NCBI GenBank assembly: GCA_016188915.1
Contig: JACPGU010000002.1
Coordinates: 85,287 to 149,286 of the forward strand
Direction: 5' to 3'
Source: Candidatus Microgenomates bacterium
GTDB taxonomy: Bacteria > Patescibacteriota > JACPGU01
DNA length: 64,000 nt
The notes beneath the pieces were generated by a model that saw only the letters and a program-made list of their open reading frames with translations, was not told the DNA's origin and searched no databases. Every line of letters begins with the position of its first letter. The stretch's first letter is position 1. A program made the translations under genes and the position numbers. Below are positions 47,506 to 56,784 of this stretch, in pieces.

Positions 47506-50500
47506 TTATGGACCATAGTATATACCAGAAGTAGGCTGGCCTTGACTCGGTGGCTCTTTCTTTTTAGAGGCTGTTTTTTCTTGAACAGCTTTACCGCTAG
47601 CCAAGGTTCCGATATTTTTCTTTAATATTCCCTCTCTTGCCCAATCAATAGCCCTGGTAGTAGCGTCTATCTGCATTCTGATTTCCTCAGGATCAATCTG
47701 GTCAGTCTCTCGTCCGGCAAACTGCGGAGCAAAAACTTCTTTGGCTTTTCTAATCGCTTCAGAAAAATTATTCTGTAAATCATTAGTGATGCCCTGCATA
47801 TCATTCGTAATCTTTGTATACAACCCTTGTTCATTGCCTCCATACATCTGCAAAACTGATGGATTATCCAAAAATCCTTTTAACCGACTAGCGGCTTGCA
47901 ACTGCACATCATTTTTGCGACGAGCAAAAATCTGATCTAGATTGGAACGAATATTAACATTTTTCATAATCTTGGCCAGATCGCCAGCGTTATCACCTGG
48001 AGGCATCTCTAGATTCGCGTCCGACATATCCAGCTTTACATCAATACCATTTTCAGACAACACTTTGTTTATCTCGTCTTGGTCTCCGCTCATCATTGTT
48101 CTCTTAATAGCGTCTTTGGCGTCTTGAGAGATACCATTCTTTAAATTCATCAAAAACTGGTCTATCGTTCCATCTTGAGCAAACATATCACTTTTATTTC
48201 TAGCGCTAGCTTGCGCCAGATAACCCCATTGCTTGGATTCCAAAAGCCCAGTATCCATACTGCTAGCCTGCTGGCGTGGCATAGTAGTCAACAATTTTTC
48301 CGCCTCTTCGACAGGATTGAACCCCTCTGGAACGGGTTTGTATTTCTCTGGTTTGTCAAAGCCTTCTTCTCCGGCAAATTTAGATTGCCTTTTCATTTTC
48401 TCAACCGAATCCATAGTGATTCTATCTTCGCGGCTTACGCCCAAAGACTGGAAAAATCCTCTGGCTTCTTCTTGCCTTCTGGCGCCTTTTTCGCCGTTGC
48501 TTAACATCTGTAAGGCCTTCAAGGCAATGGCCCTTTCTTTATCGCTTTTATCGTTCATCAAAGTATTATACAGAGCCGAAGCAGCCACGCCCTGATCGGC
48601 TTTCTTCTGCGCTTCTTCTTTAATCTCCAACTCGGAGGCTCTCTTTGCCCACTTAGTAAAGGCACCTCTACTACTAGCCTTGCCAAAGGCTTTTTCTTGT
48701 TCTTTTTGAAATCTTTCGGCATTTTCTTCTATCATCTTGGGAGCGTTCTGGATAGTCAGTCCAGCGCTGGTGCCTTTTTTGGCTACTCTTGCCAATCCAT
48801 ATTTTAATTTTCCCCACCCACTAGAGTCTTTCAAATTGCCTTGATCGTCTTTGAACGTTTTGTCCAAATCCATAGAAGCCACTTTTTGTCTTTGTCCTTT
48901 GAGCCTTGCCCCCGCTGCTTTTTTCAAAGATTTAGCCGTAGCACTACCCAAAGGACCTTTTTTGCCACTAGCATATTCGGAAACCGCTTTCATAATATCA
49001 CCCCCCGCTTTCATCGGATAAGTGGCCGCGATATACAAGATCACTCCGGCTGTGATGAGTTGTAAAAGTCTCGGGGTGTCAGAAGTATATTCCGCATCAG
49101 GCAGAGGAGCTACCTCTAGCCCTGCCACAGCGATAGTTTTGGCCGCGACATACAAAAGCAGGGCCACCATCGGTCCCATCATCGCCCACTTCATAAACAT
49201 ATCCCACCATTTGCCGGTCTGCTCTTTGATTGCTTTGACCGGCGCGACATTAGCCAAATAGGGAATGGCCGAAAACATAAACAAAATATTCAAAACTATT
49301 ACCCGAACCCAAAGCAAAAGATATAGATAAAGCAAAATAATAGAAAAAGCCCAGGACAAAATAACTTGAACAAGGGCCGCGCCAAAAGTTTTATCGGCCA
49401 ATTGGTCAATAGTTTCCTTGCCCAGACCAAAAAGAGAATCTAAGGAAGCGCTGGAGCTAGTCGCATTTGGCTCGCCGAAAAGGAAAAAATTGGTCAAAAC
49501 ATTCATAAAAAGAATAATGAAATTGCAAATCGCCAAAGAAAAATTAACCAGTAAAATAGCTCCCACAATAGCCGGAATCATTCGACGAAACTGCCAAGTC
49601 TTCAAATCATAGCCAACAATATTAAGTAGTGCCATCGCCAAAAAAGAAAGCAAAAAGCCAATATTAATAATATTTCTAATAGTTCCCCAGACTTCCACTA
49701 CCTGATTATTACCTTCGGTCACCCCATAAACCAGCAGAACTTTTGACAAAAGCTCCGGATTGATCCAACCAAAAATAAATCTTTTTATCGCCAAAAGCAG
49801 AGACAAAAACCAACAACCGATACTGACAAAAACATCATGTTTTCCGGAAAACAATGTGAAAAAATTATAACTTGGCGGACAAGTATTTTTATTTGCTCCA
49901 GGCCCTAGTGGGTCTTTGCTCAAAGACTGTTCTCCTTTTAATTCCAATAATTCTTCTATTTCCTCCGATTTCTGAACAAAAGCTGTATATTCCGAACAAT
50001 CGCTTAGCGCCCCCGAACAAGAGCTATTGATAGCGGTTTGAGCCAACAATACGACTGTTTGCATATTGCTGATTTCTGTGGTTGCTTTTGTACAAGCATC
50101 TACTCTTTCTTGTGAAATTTCGTTGCCATCTTTGTCTTTGGCCTCATCGCCATTTTTAACAAAATAACAGAAATCTTTACTACTAGGTTTCCAGCGATCT
50201 CTTTCTGCCATAAAAGCCTCTGTGTCTGCCGTGCTAATATTTTTCAATTCTTCTGCTGTTTGCACTGCTCTGGTGTCCTCTACTATTTTTGAATAAAGAT
50301 CTTGCAGTTTTGTTATTGATTCTTTTTCTTCATCGGAAAGTTCATTTAACTGACTATAGGTCAAATTCTGAGGAGTATTGTCATAATAAGCCACCTGAAG
50401 ACCCCAATCTTTGAGAACATTTTCCATGGCAGAATCAAGCTGATTGGCATTTTGTCCTGTTATTCTTTCTACAAAAACCATCTTTGACTCATCTGTATAC

Positions 50501-50877
50501 AGACACTCTCTGGCTTTGTTGTCGTCTAGGCTTTCTATTTTATCTGTAGAGGGAAAACATACCGGCTCAATTTTGTTTCCCGTTGCCTGATTATAAAAAA
50601 GAGCATAACGAGCACCATCGGTTTGACTTTTCTCCCAAGTACAAGAAACCGAATAATCTCTTTTATATCCAGTGAGAAAATTACCCTTTTTGCCAATTAC
50701 TTCAAAAGAGCAATCTACAGAACCGAATTTATCTGGAGTACTTTTTAGTTCAGACAGCTTGTTAACCACTGCCAAAGCAGGATTTTGATTCAGCCCCGCC
50801 ATCAAAAAAGGCAACACCAAAAAGGTTGCCAAGACAATAAATATCGCGCGACGGATTTTTTGCCCTCTTTTACTCAT
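47506..50877 (-). CDS. VirB6/TrbL-like giant polytopic membrane protein
   Basis: 1123 aa. Signal peptide, then a 330-aa Cys-containing extracytoplasmic domain, then a block of at least 6 TM helices (LLLAIKRFIFGW...IVGAILLVNFSLAICNFIILFMNV...). A roughly 500-aa hydrophilic C-terminal domain follows. Confidence 0.55.
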   Translation of the reverse strand: MSKRGQKIRRAIFIVLATFLVLPFLMAGLNQNPALAVVNKLSELKSTPDKFGSVDCSFEVIGKKGNFLTGYKRDYSVSCTWEKSQTDGARYALFYNQATGNKIEPVCFPSTDKIESLDDNKARECLYTDESKMVFVERITGQNANQLDSAMENVLKDWGLQVAYYDNTPQNLTYSQLNELSDEEKESITKLQDLYSKIVEDTRAVQTAEELKNISTADTEAFMAERDRWKPSSKDFCYFVKNGDEAKDKDGNEISQERVDACTKATTEISNMQTVVLLAQTAINSSCSGALSDCSEYTAFVQKSEEIEELLELKGEQSLSKDPLGPGANKNTCPPSYNFFTLFSGKHDVFVSIGCWFLSLLLAIKRFIFGWINPELLSKVLLVYGVTEGNNQVVEVWGTIRNIINIGFLLSFLAMALLNIVGYDLKTWQFRRMIPAIVGAILLVNFSLAICNFIILFMNVLTNFFLFGEPNATSSSASLDSLFGLGKETIDQLADKTFGAALVQVILSWAFSIILLYLYLLLWVRVIVLNILFMFSAIPYLANVAPVKAIKEQTGKWWDMFMKWAMMGPMVALLLYVAAKTIAVAGLEVAPLPDAEYTSDTPRLLQLITAGVILYIAATYPMKAGGDIMKAVSEYASGKKGPLGSATAKSLKKAAGARLKGQRQKVASMDLDKTFKDDQGNLKDSSGWGKLKYGLARVAKKGTSAGLTIQNAPKMIEENAERFQKEQEKAFGKASSRGAFTKWAKRASELEIKEEAQKKADQGVAASALYNTLMNDKSDKERAIALKALQMLSNGEKGARRQEEARGFFQSLGVSREDRITMDSVEKMKRQSKFAGEEGFDKPEKYKPVPEGFNPVEEAEKLLTTMPRQQASSMDTGLLESKQWGYLAQASARNKSDMFAQDGTIDQFLMNLKNGISQDAKDAIKRTMMSGDQDEINKVLSENGIDVKLDMSDANLEMPPGDNAGDLAKIMKNVNIRSNLDQIFARRKNDVQLQAASRLKGFLDNPSVLQMYGGNEQGLYTKITNDMQGITNDLQNNFSEAIRKAKEVFAPQFAGRETDQIDPEEIRMQIDATTRAIDWAREGILKKNIGTLASGKAVQEKTASKKKEPPSQGQPTSGIYYGP

Positions 50878-50990
50878 TTGTTTTTATCTAAATTTTCCCA
50901 ACAAAAATCTTTCAGCAATATTACTTAAGTATAGCATAGCTCACCAGCTTTTGATAACTAATCTTTTTATGGCTAAAAACAGGCAAAATA

Positions 50991-51018
50991 TTGACATTAA
51001 TAAAAAACAAAGTAAAAT
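50991..51018 (+). promoter_or_regulatory. sigma70-like promoter candidate
   Basis: TTGACA (50991-96), 16-nt spacer, TAAAAT (51013-18). The RBS-like AAGGAAGG (51064-71) precedes the ATG at 51078. Confidence 0.35.
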
Positions 51019-51077
51019 AAGCTAACGGACAGGATTTGCTCTTTAACAGTCCGAATTCAAAAAGAAGGAAGGTCGCT

Positions 51078-51788
51078 ATGAAAAAAATGCTTTGGTTGTG
51101 TCGGCGCAATAAAGGAGAGGTTAGCTCTTCAATTATCATCCTGATGGTGATATTTTCGATTGTCGCGATTTTTTATTTCGCTACAAAATGGCAAAAGCAA
51201 GCAGAGTACACAGAGAGAAAAGAAAGGGCCGAAATGCTGGCCAGTCTCTCCGATGGTTCCATTCCGTCCGACATTCAAGAAAACAAGGTCCGGTTGAAAT
51301 CGTCGGATTATGGCTCCCAAGAATTCGCCGAAAGGTTGGTGGAAAAGAATCCCCACAAAGGCATCGTTGGTGGCACTCTTTACATGGAAGACGGGAACCG
51401 CTTTGTCAAAACCAATATTGACGAATCCATCACCGTTTTCAAAAATGTTCGGACAGGCACTCGCATCGCCTATATTCTCTACAATTACAAAGGCAATTTG
51501 GAGCCAGAGCGAATCATCCACTGCCCGAAATATAAACCTCGCCCCAATAATACAGGGTTTTATTCCGACCAGATCGACGAAGTCAGTGGCATTTATTCGC
51601 TCGGGATGCACTGGGGATGCAAAGCTATTGGCAGCGACGTCAGAATCGTCAAAGCCAAAGACGGAGAAGCATACACCGTCATCACAACCCCCGAACAGTT
51701 AAAGCCCGACACTTCTTACACCCTGGAGGTGCCAACGTTTGGCAGAATAGGCGTCCAGCGTCCATTGGTTCAATTTGCCAATCGCTAA
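51078..51788 (+). CDS. hypothetical secreted/membrane-anchored protein
   Basis: Preferred start at 51078 (MKKMLWLCRR... with an upstream AAGGAAGG), not the track start at 51036. An N-terminal TM or signal sequence is present. No motif. Confidence 0.45.
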   Translation: MKKMLWLCRRNKGEVSSSIIILMVIFSIVAIFYFATKWQKQAEYTERKERAEMLASLSDGSIPSDIQENKVRLKSSDYGSQEFAERLVEKNPHKGIVGGTLYMEDGNRFVKTNIDESITVFKNVRTGTRIAYILYNYKGNLEPERIIHCPKYKPRPNNTGFYSDQIDEVSGIYSLGMHWGCKAIGSDVRIVKAKDGEAYTVITTPEQLKPDTSYTLEVPTFGRIGVQRPLVQFANR

Positions 51789-51826
51789 AAAGCCATATTC
51801 ATAAACCTCATTGCCGTAATCATAAA

Positions 51827-51849
51827 ATACCCCCTCTCAGAGGGGGTAT
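51827..51849. terminator. bidirectional rho-independent terminator
   Basis: ATACCCCCTC-tca-GAGGGGGTAT, a perfect 10-bp stem, between converging genes. Confidence 0.65.
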
Positions 51850-51865
51850 TATTGTGTTTATCTTT

Positions 51866-52669
51866 TTACTTTTTTCTCCACAGCACCACTTGATTACGAC
51901 CATTGTTTTTTGCCCTGTATAGAGCTTCATCGGCACGGCCAATTAATTTTGGTATGAACATATCGGTGACAACAGTTTTGGCCAAATGCTGACCTTCTAC
52001 ATGAGCCACTCCGATACTAATCGTAAAGCTAATTTTTTTCTTACCAGTTCTATCAATGGCAAATTTTGTTTTGGCTACTATTTTGTTGATACGTTCGGCC
52101 GCGGTCATTGCCATGGCAGGTGTTGAATCGGGCAGAAGAATAGCAAATTCTTCACCGCCATAGCGAAAGACTGTGTCGGTACCACGCGCCTGTTTTTGAA
52201 GTAGACTGGCTAAATTCTTCAAAGCGATATCGCCGGCCAAGTGTCCGTATTTGTCGTTAATTTTTTTGAAATAGTCAATGTCAATCATCATCAAAGATAA
52301 AGTCATTGGCTCTTCCAAAAGTTTTTGAATCTGCAAATGTTTAGCACGCAAACGAGAAAGCTCTTTGGAGAGATTGTCTATAAAGGCACGACGGTTATAG
52401 ACCTGGGTCAACTCATCGGTCGTTGCCAAAGCTTCGTGCTCTTTGGCTCTCTCATCGGCCGAAACCGCCAAAACTCCCAGCCAAAACATCGCGTCTTTTT
52501 CTTTCAATTTTCCTTGATGAAAAAGAGTTAGAATGTCTTCCGGACGCATAGAAGAAAAATCTTCCGCCTTACGGCCAGAAAAAACTCTCGTTCCCAATTT
52601 CGTTGCCAACCCCTGCATACGACGAGAGGCCAAGAAAGATTTTTCAATTGTTTTGTTGGTGGTTTTCAT
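51866..52669 (-). CDS. diguanylate cyclase (GGDEF domain)
   Basis: 267 aa. Active-site VFRYGGEEFAILLPD and upstream LTQVYNRRAF. Confidence 0.8.
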   Translation of the reverse strand: MKTTNKTIEKSFLASRRMQGLATKLGTRVFSGRKAEDFSSMRPEDILTLFHQGKLKEKDAMFWLGVLAVSADERAKEHEALATTDELTQVYNRRAFIDNLSKELSRLRAKHLQIQKLLEEPMTLSLMMIDIDYFKKINDKYGHLAGDIALKNLASLLQKQARGTDTVFRYGGEEFAILLPDSTPAMAMTAAERINKIVAKTKFAIDRTGKKKISFTISIGVAHVEGQHLAKTVVTDMFIPKLIGRADEALYRAKNNGRNQVVLWRKK

Positions 52670-52914
52670 TTTGTTTTTGTTTGCTAAAAAAGAGGAGCCC
52701 TGGCCCCCCTTTATTTTTAGCTTGCCTCCATTATAGCACAGATATCGGCAATTGTCAATGGTTTTCTGATGTATCAGAACATATTTTTTCTGTTATAATA
52801 AAAATTGGCCAAATATAGCCATATTTAGCTATCTCTCTCTTTTATCTTTTCTAACCTATTATTATATGTTATGCTTTAATCAACACTATTTAATCATCAT
52901 CAAAAGGAGGGAAA

Positions 52915-54372
52915 ATGGAAAATCCTATTCAGCCGGAAAAGGAGCCGATGGTTCCGGTTGCGCCACCTATTTCACCGGAAATACCCCTGGCCCCCAAACC
53001 AATGGAAAGTTTTGCTCCGCCAACGGAAATCGCGCCGGAAGCGCCCACACCCAACATTCCACCTCCAGTAACAAAGGAAGCTTTCTCCCCTGGGCCAGAA
53101 AAACCGAAAAGGAAATTGGACAAAAAAATTCTTTTGATTTTAGGAGCTATTGTCGCTGGTATTATTTTGGTTTTGGCCATCTGGCTGGGAATAGCCTATT
53201 TCCGCGCCGCCACCGTAGAAATCAGTGTCAACGAAAATGGTTTTGATGTTCTGTTAGACCAGAGAAAAATAGCCACCAACGTAAACTCGCCGCACAAAAT
53301 AAAAGTAAAGCCGGGCAAACATACTATTGCTATCGTCAAAGAAGATTTTTTTTCCAGCAGTGAAAATGTGGAAGTGACTGGCACGGCCGGGAAAAAAACC
53401 TTGGTTTTTAGCCTATCGGCCAAGCAAACTATCGGAAAAATTTTGGACAAAGAAATATTTTTTCCCGCCTATGATAAAATTACCAACAGCCTGCTTTATT
53501 TTGACAAACAAGAAAGCGGCTATTTCATAAATAATTACAATCTGGATACGCAGACAGAGACTGTCCTCACAACCAAGCCGATAGCTAGTATAGAGAGTGT
53601 TTCTTGGTCGCCCACCTACAAACAATTAATCGTCAAGACAACTAATAGCCTCGCTCTGCAAAATGGGCTCTTAAACTATCTCCCAGAACATGGCGAAGGT
53701 ACCAAAATCAGCTGGCTAATCAATCTGGAAAGGGTTGATTTGGTTAATATTTCTGTTAAAAATTATCGTCCGAGCCTAGTCAATATCGCCTTTTCTCCAC
53801 AGGGAGACAAAATCGGCTATTTCTTCAAAAGCGCGGAAGAAAAAACTATCGCCAGCGCTGATTTGGACGGAAGCAATTTTGTCAGAATATTGATGTTGGC
53901 AACATTGGAATTTGAGCCAGCTATTTTGTGGTCTCCGGACGGACTAAATGTTGCTATTTTTAATCCCGACAGTCAATCGCCAGGAGATATTTTTCTTTTC
54001 AGTTTTGCCAGTCGCCTATCGACCAAAGTTACCAATGACGGCAAAGGAAATGAAGTTGGCTTTTCTCCGGACGGTAAAATGATTTTGTATAGATCAAACA
54101 ATCAATTGTGGTGGGCGGAAACAGCCGACTCAGACAAAACTCAAAGTCTGGGCACGGACGGTCATGTCAACACTAGCTCCTGGCTGGATAATGAAAGATT
54201 GGTAGTGGCCAATAACAATGAACTTTGGAAAGTAAAAATATCCGGCGAAAAAGAAGCATTAGATTACAAAAAATCTTCTCTGCCCGGCAATATAAAAAAT
54301 ATTCTGCTTGGTACCGGCATTCTGCTTCTAGTTAATGACCAGGGAGTTTTCAGCTTCTCTTTGACCGAATAG
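52915..54372 (+). CDS. TolB-like beta-propeller (PD40 repeat) protein with Pro-rich N-terminus and TM anchor
   Basis: 485 aa. Pro-rich 70 aa, then a TM helix, then repeated WSPDG/FSPDG blades (WSPDGLNVAIFNPD, FSPDGKMILYRSN). Confidence 0.5.
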   Translation: MENPIQPEKEPMVPVAPPISPEIPLAPKPMESFAPPTEIAPEAPTPNIPPPVTKEAFSPGPEKPKRKLDKKILLILGAIVAGIILVLAIWLGIAYFRAATVEISVNENGFDVLLDQRKIATNVNSPHKIKVKPGKHTIAIVKEDFFSSSENVEVTGTAGKKTLVFSLSAKQTIGKILDKEIFFPAYDKITNSLLYFDKQESGYFINNYNLDTQTETVLTTKPIASIESVSWSPTYKQLIVKTTNSLALQNGLLNYLPEHGEGTKISWLINLERVDLVNISVKNYRPSLVNIAFSPQGDKIGYFFKSAEEKTIASADLDGSNFVRILMLATLEFEPAILWSPDGLNVAIFNPDSQSPGDIFLFSFASRLSTKVTNDGKGNEVGFSPDGKMILYRSNNQLWWAETADSDKTQSLGTDGHVNTSSWLDNERLVVANNNELWKVKISGEKEALDYKKSSLPGNIKNILLGTGILLLVNDQGVFSFSLTE

Positions 54373-54393
54373 CTAATCTAATAATTTATTTCC

Positions 54394-55581
54394 GTGTCTC
54401 CCAGTCTGCAAAAAAAAATTGCCATCATTATCATTATTTTTGGCTTGCTTACGCCTATGCTCTGGCTAGTCTTGGCTTTCGGCGCAGCCAAAATTTTTCT
54501 GGATGTCGCCTGCAATTTTGAAGTAGCCTTAAGATTGGTCTTAAGCCAAGAGCAGGAGCAGGTAATGAAAACTCTTTGCCAAGAAGCCGAAGCAGGAGCC
54601 GGTGGCGATGATTATGCCGGCGGTATCGGTAATGAGTGTATAAATAAAGCCGGCAATATGCCGATTGAGTACAAGCCATTTGTAAAATCGGCCGCCGATA
54701 AATATCTCAACGGCGATCAAGCCAAAATTATCGCTATTGTGTTAAGAGAGTCCAATTGGAATCAATACGCCACTTCCCCAACTGGACCGGCCGGCATAGG
54801 GCAATTCGCGGCCAAGACTGCCATAGGCCTGGATTCTTTTCCCAACAAAAACTCTATCAAGACTATTCCAGAAAACATGCGCGGCGAAAAAAACATAAAT
54901 GCTCTATTGCAATCGGAGTACAAAAATGATGACCGCTTTAATCCAGAATATGCCATTATGGCGATTGCTGAATACATATCAGAAGGTCTTAGCGACTATA
55001 ATCAAGATTTTAGAATGGCTTACGCCAAACATTACAACAGAGAGCCAAATGGAAAAGATATAATAAATGCCGACATAGTTTGGAAAAATTATAATAATCT
55101 TTTAAATAATAATTCTTGCAATCCTCCCGAACCGCCCATACCGGGCAAAAATATTTTAGCAGGGACATATGTAACGATAGATTCTTTGCGATTGCCAAAA
55201 CTTTTCAAGCCTAGCCCTCCAAGACGCGACAGCCCTGAAGTAGATGCTAATTGCGCTGCCGCCGCAAAAGTAGTTTATGAAATTATTGACCAAGGAGATG
55301 ATAACGAAATTAATAAAAGTATCCTGATTACCGGCGCCCACGACCCTGATGGATCTTCCCATGTTTCGCAAGCTCACAAACGAGGTTTTGGACTGGATAT
55401 CGCCGGCGGTAGCCTCACCAAAAGTAATGCCCCGGGCATAACTAGCTCTCTGCTCGCCAGCGGATGGACGATCAAAGTAATAGACGAATACAATCACGCA
55501 ACCAAGATGAAAACGGGCAATCATATCCACGCAGAATTAGCTTGCCAACCGCCAGAAACAGAAAACAACACCACTACTTAA
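54394..55581 (+). CDS. SLT-domain lytic transglycosylase with C-terminal peptidase-like domain (possible VirB1/PrgK analog)
   Basis: 395 aa. N-terminal TM helix. SLT signature VLRESNWNQYATSPTGPAGIGQFAAKTA (E-S...S..GA.GlmQ). C-terminal ITGAHDPDGSSHVSQAHKRGFGLDIAG is reminiscent of M15/LAS-type peptidase metal ligands, but this is weak. Confidence 0.55.
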   Translation: MSPSLQKKIAIIIIIFGLLTPMLWLVLAFGAAKIFLDVACNFEVALRLVLSQEQEQVMKTLCQEAEAGAGGDDYAGGIGNECINKAGNMPIEYKPFVKSAADKYLNGDQAKIIAIVLRESNWNQYATSPTGPAGIGQFAAKTAIGLDSFPNKNSIKTIPENMRGEKNINALLQSEYKNDDRFNPEYAIMAIAEYISEGLSDYNQDFRMAYAKHYNREPNGKDIINADIVWKNYNNLLNNNSCNPPEPPIPGKNILAGTYVTIDSLRLPKLFKPSPPRRDSPEVDANCAAAAKVVYEIIDQGDDNEINKSILITGAHDPDGSSHVSQAHKRGFGLDIAGGSLTKSNAPGITSSLLASGWTIKVIDEYNHATKMKTGNHIHAELACQPPETENNTTT

Positions 55582-55589
55582 AACAAAAG

Positions 55590-55610
55590 GGGAAGGCCTA
55601 AAGCCTTCCC
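55590..55610. terminator. bidirectional rho-independent terminator
   Basis: GGGAAGGC-ctaaa-GCCTTCCC followed by TGCATTTTT, between converging genes. Confidence 0.6.
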
Positions 55611-55633
55611 TGCATTTTTCTCAAAAATTTGAT

Positions 55634-56662
55634 TTAATCATCAATAGTCTCTATGGCTTCTTCGTCGGAGACAACCTTCCAGCCCAATTGATTCAATACC
55701 ACCGAGGAAAGACTAAAGTATTCAGCCTCGCCTTCGGTTATCCAAGGAGGCTCTCCATCGGTTTCGGCAAGACAAAATGTTACAACATCCCACTGATCGC
55801 CAATTTTTTCCAAAAGGTAATGAATGATATGCGTTGGCTTCCCCTCCGAGGAAATTTCCGTCGCAGAAAAACTGAGAAAGTTATCCCCTTCCGCCCTGCC
55901 AGAGAAATTTAGATTTCTTTTCCCTCCTTCTTTTTGATAATACGCGAGGGTGGCCTCTTCGGGCAGAGATCGGCAAAATTCACAAATCTGTCCGCCCCTA
56001 TCGACCAATTCTTTCTCTAATAGCTCCAACAAATCGTCGGAAACGGCCCACCCGCCAAATTTACCGATGCCACTGTATAGTGGCTGAGTGCGATCGGAAG
56101 GATCTTTTATGTGAGCGGATATCCTGTATGCTCCGTCCAGCCTTTTGGCAAAGACATCCATATAGTAGGGCACCCACCAATTATCCCGAAAACGATCTTC
56201 GCTTTTGTAAAAAAGCAAGATTTCTTTTCCCCGATACTCCGGGAAAAGATCGTAGAAGATAAAAGCTCCTTCGTTGCCCAGATTGGCACCTAGAATGGTC
56301 TCGTTGTCACTTTCAATGTGCAAACGACAAATAATTTCTTCTGAGGGGGCTCTATTTGGTTGTGGAGCCAAAGAAAAAAATGCAGTGATTTTTTCCTTTT
56401 TTCCGTCATAGTCAATGTCGGCCTCAAAGCTTTTGTTCCAAAATCGTTTTTTCCAGATTTCCTTGGCTCCTTTGTTTCTGCCCATGTCTTGATAATGAGA
56501 GAACATATTCTCTCTGGCTTCTTCCCACAAAGGATATTGTTCTTTATAAATTTTTTCCCAAAGCTTGTCTTCGTTCAGCCCATTGATGGCGCCCAAACTG
56601 GGCGAACAGAAAAAAAACAATCCGGTAAAAAATACTGCAAAAACTGCCAACATTTTTTTCAT
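55634..56662 (-). CDS. hypothetical secreted protein
   Basis: 342 aa with an N-terminal signal peptide (MKKMLAVFAVFFTGLFFFCSPSLGA). No motif. Confidence 0.4.
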   Translation of the reverse strand: MKKMLAVFAVFFTGLFFFCSPSLGAINGLNEDKLWEKIYKEQYPLWEEARENMFSHYQDMGRNKGAKEIWKKRFWNKSFEADIDYDGKKEKITAFFSLAPQPNRAPSEEIICRLHIESDNETILGANLGNEGAFIFYDLFPEYRGKEILLFYKSEDRFRDNWWVPYYMDVFAKRLDGAYRISAHIKDPSDRTQPLYSGIGKFGGWAVSDDLLELLEKELVDRGGQICEFCRSLPEEATLAYYQKEGGKRNLNFSGRAEGDNFLSFSATEISSEGKPTHIIHYLLEKIGDQWDVVTFCLAETDGEPPWITEGEAEYFSLSSVVLNQLGWKVVSDEEAIETIDD

Positions 56663-56784
56663 CTCTTCCCTCCCTAGAGAATTTGGATTTTAAAAACTGC
56701 GCGTCTTGTTGTATAATAAAAACAAGATAAAAAACTTTTTTCATAATAACATATTATAAAACAAAAATCAATAAAAATAGCCCT

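Noticed and set aside
51129-51702. 160-aa minus ORF and 130-aa and 77-aa plus ORFs overlapping 51078-51788
   Set aside because: These are alternative-frame ORFs within a gene that has a proper start context and signal anchor. No motifs.
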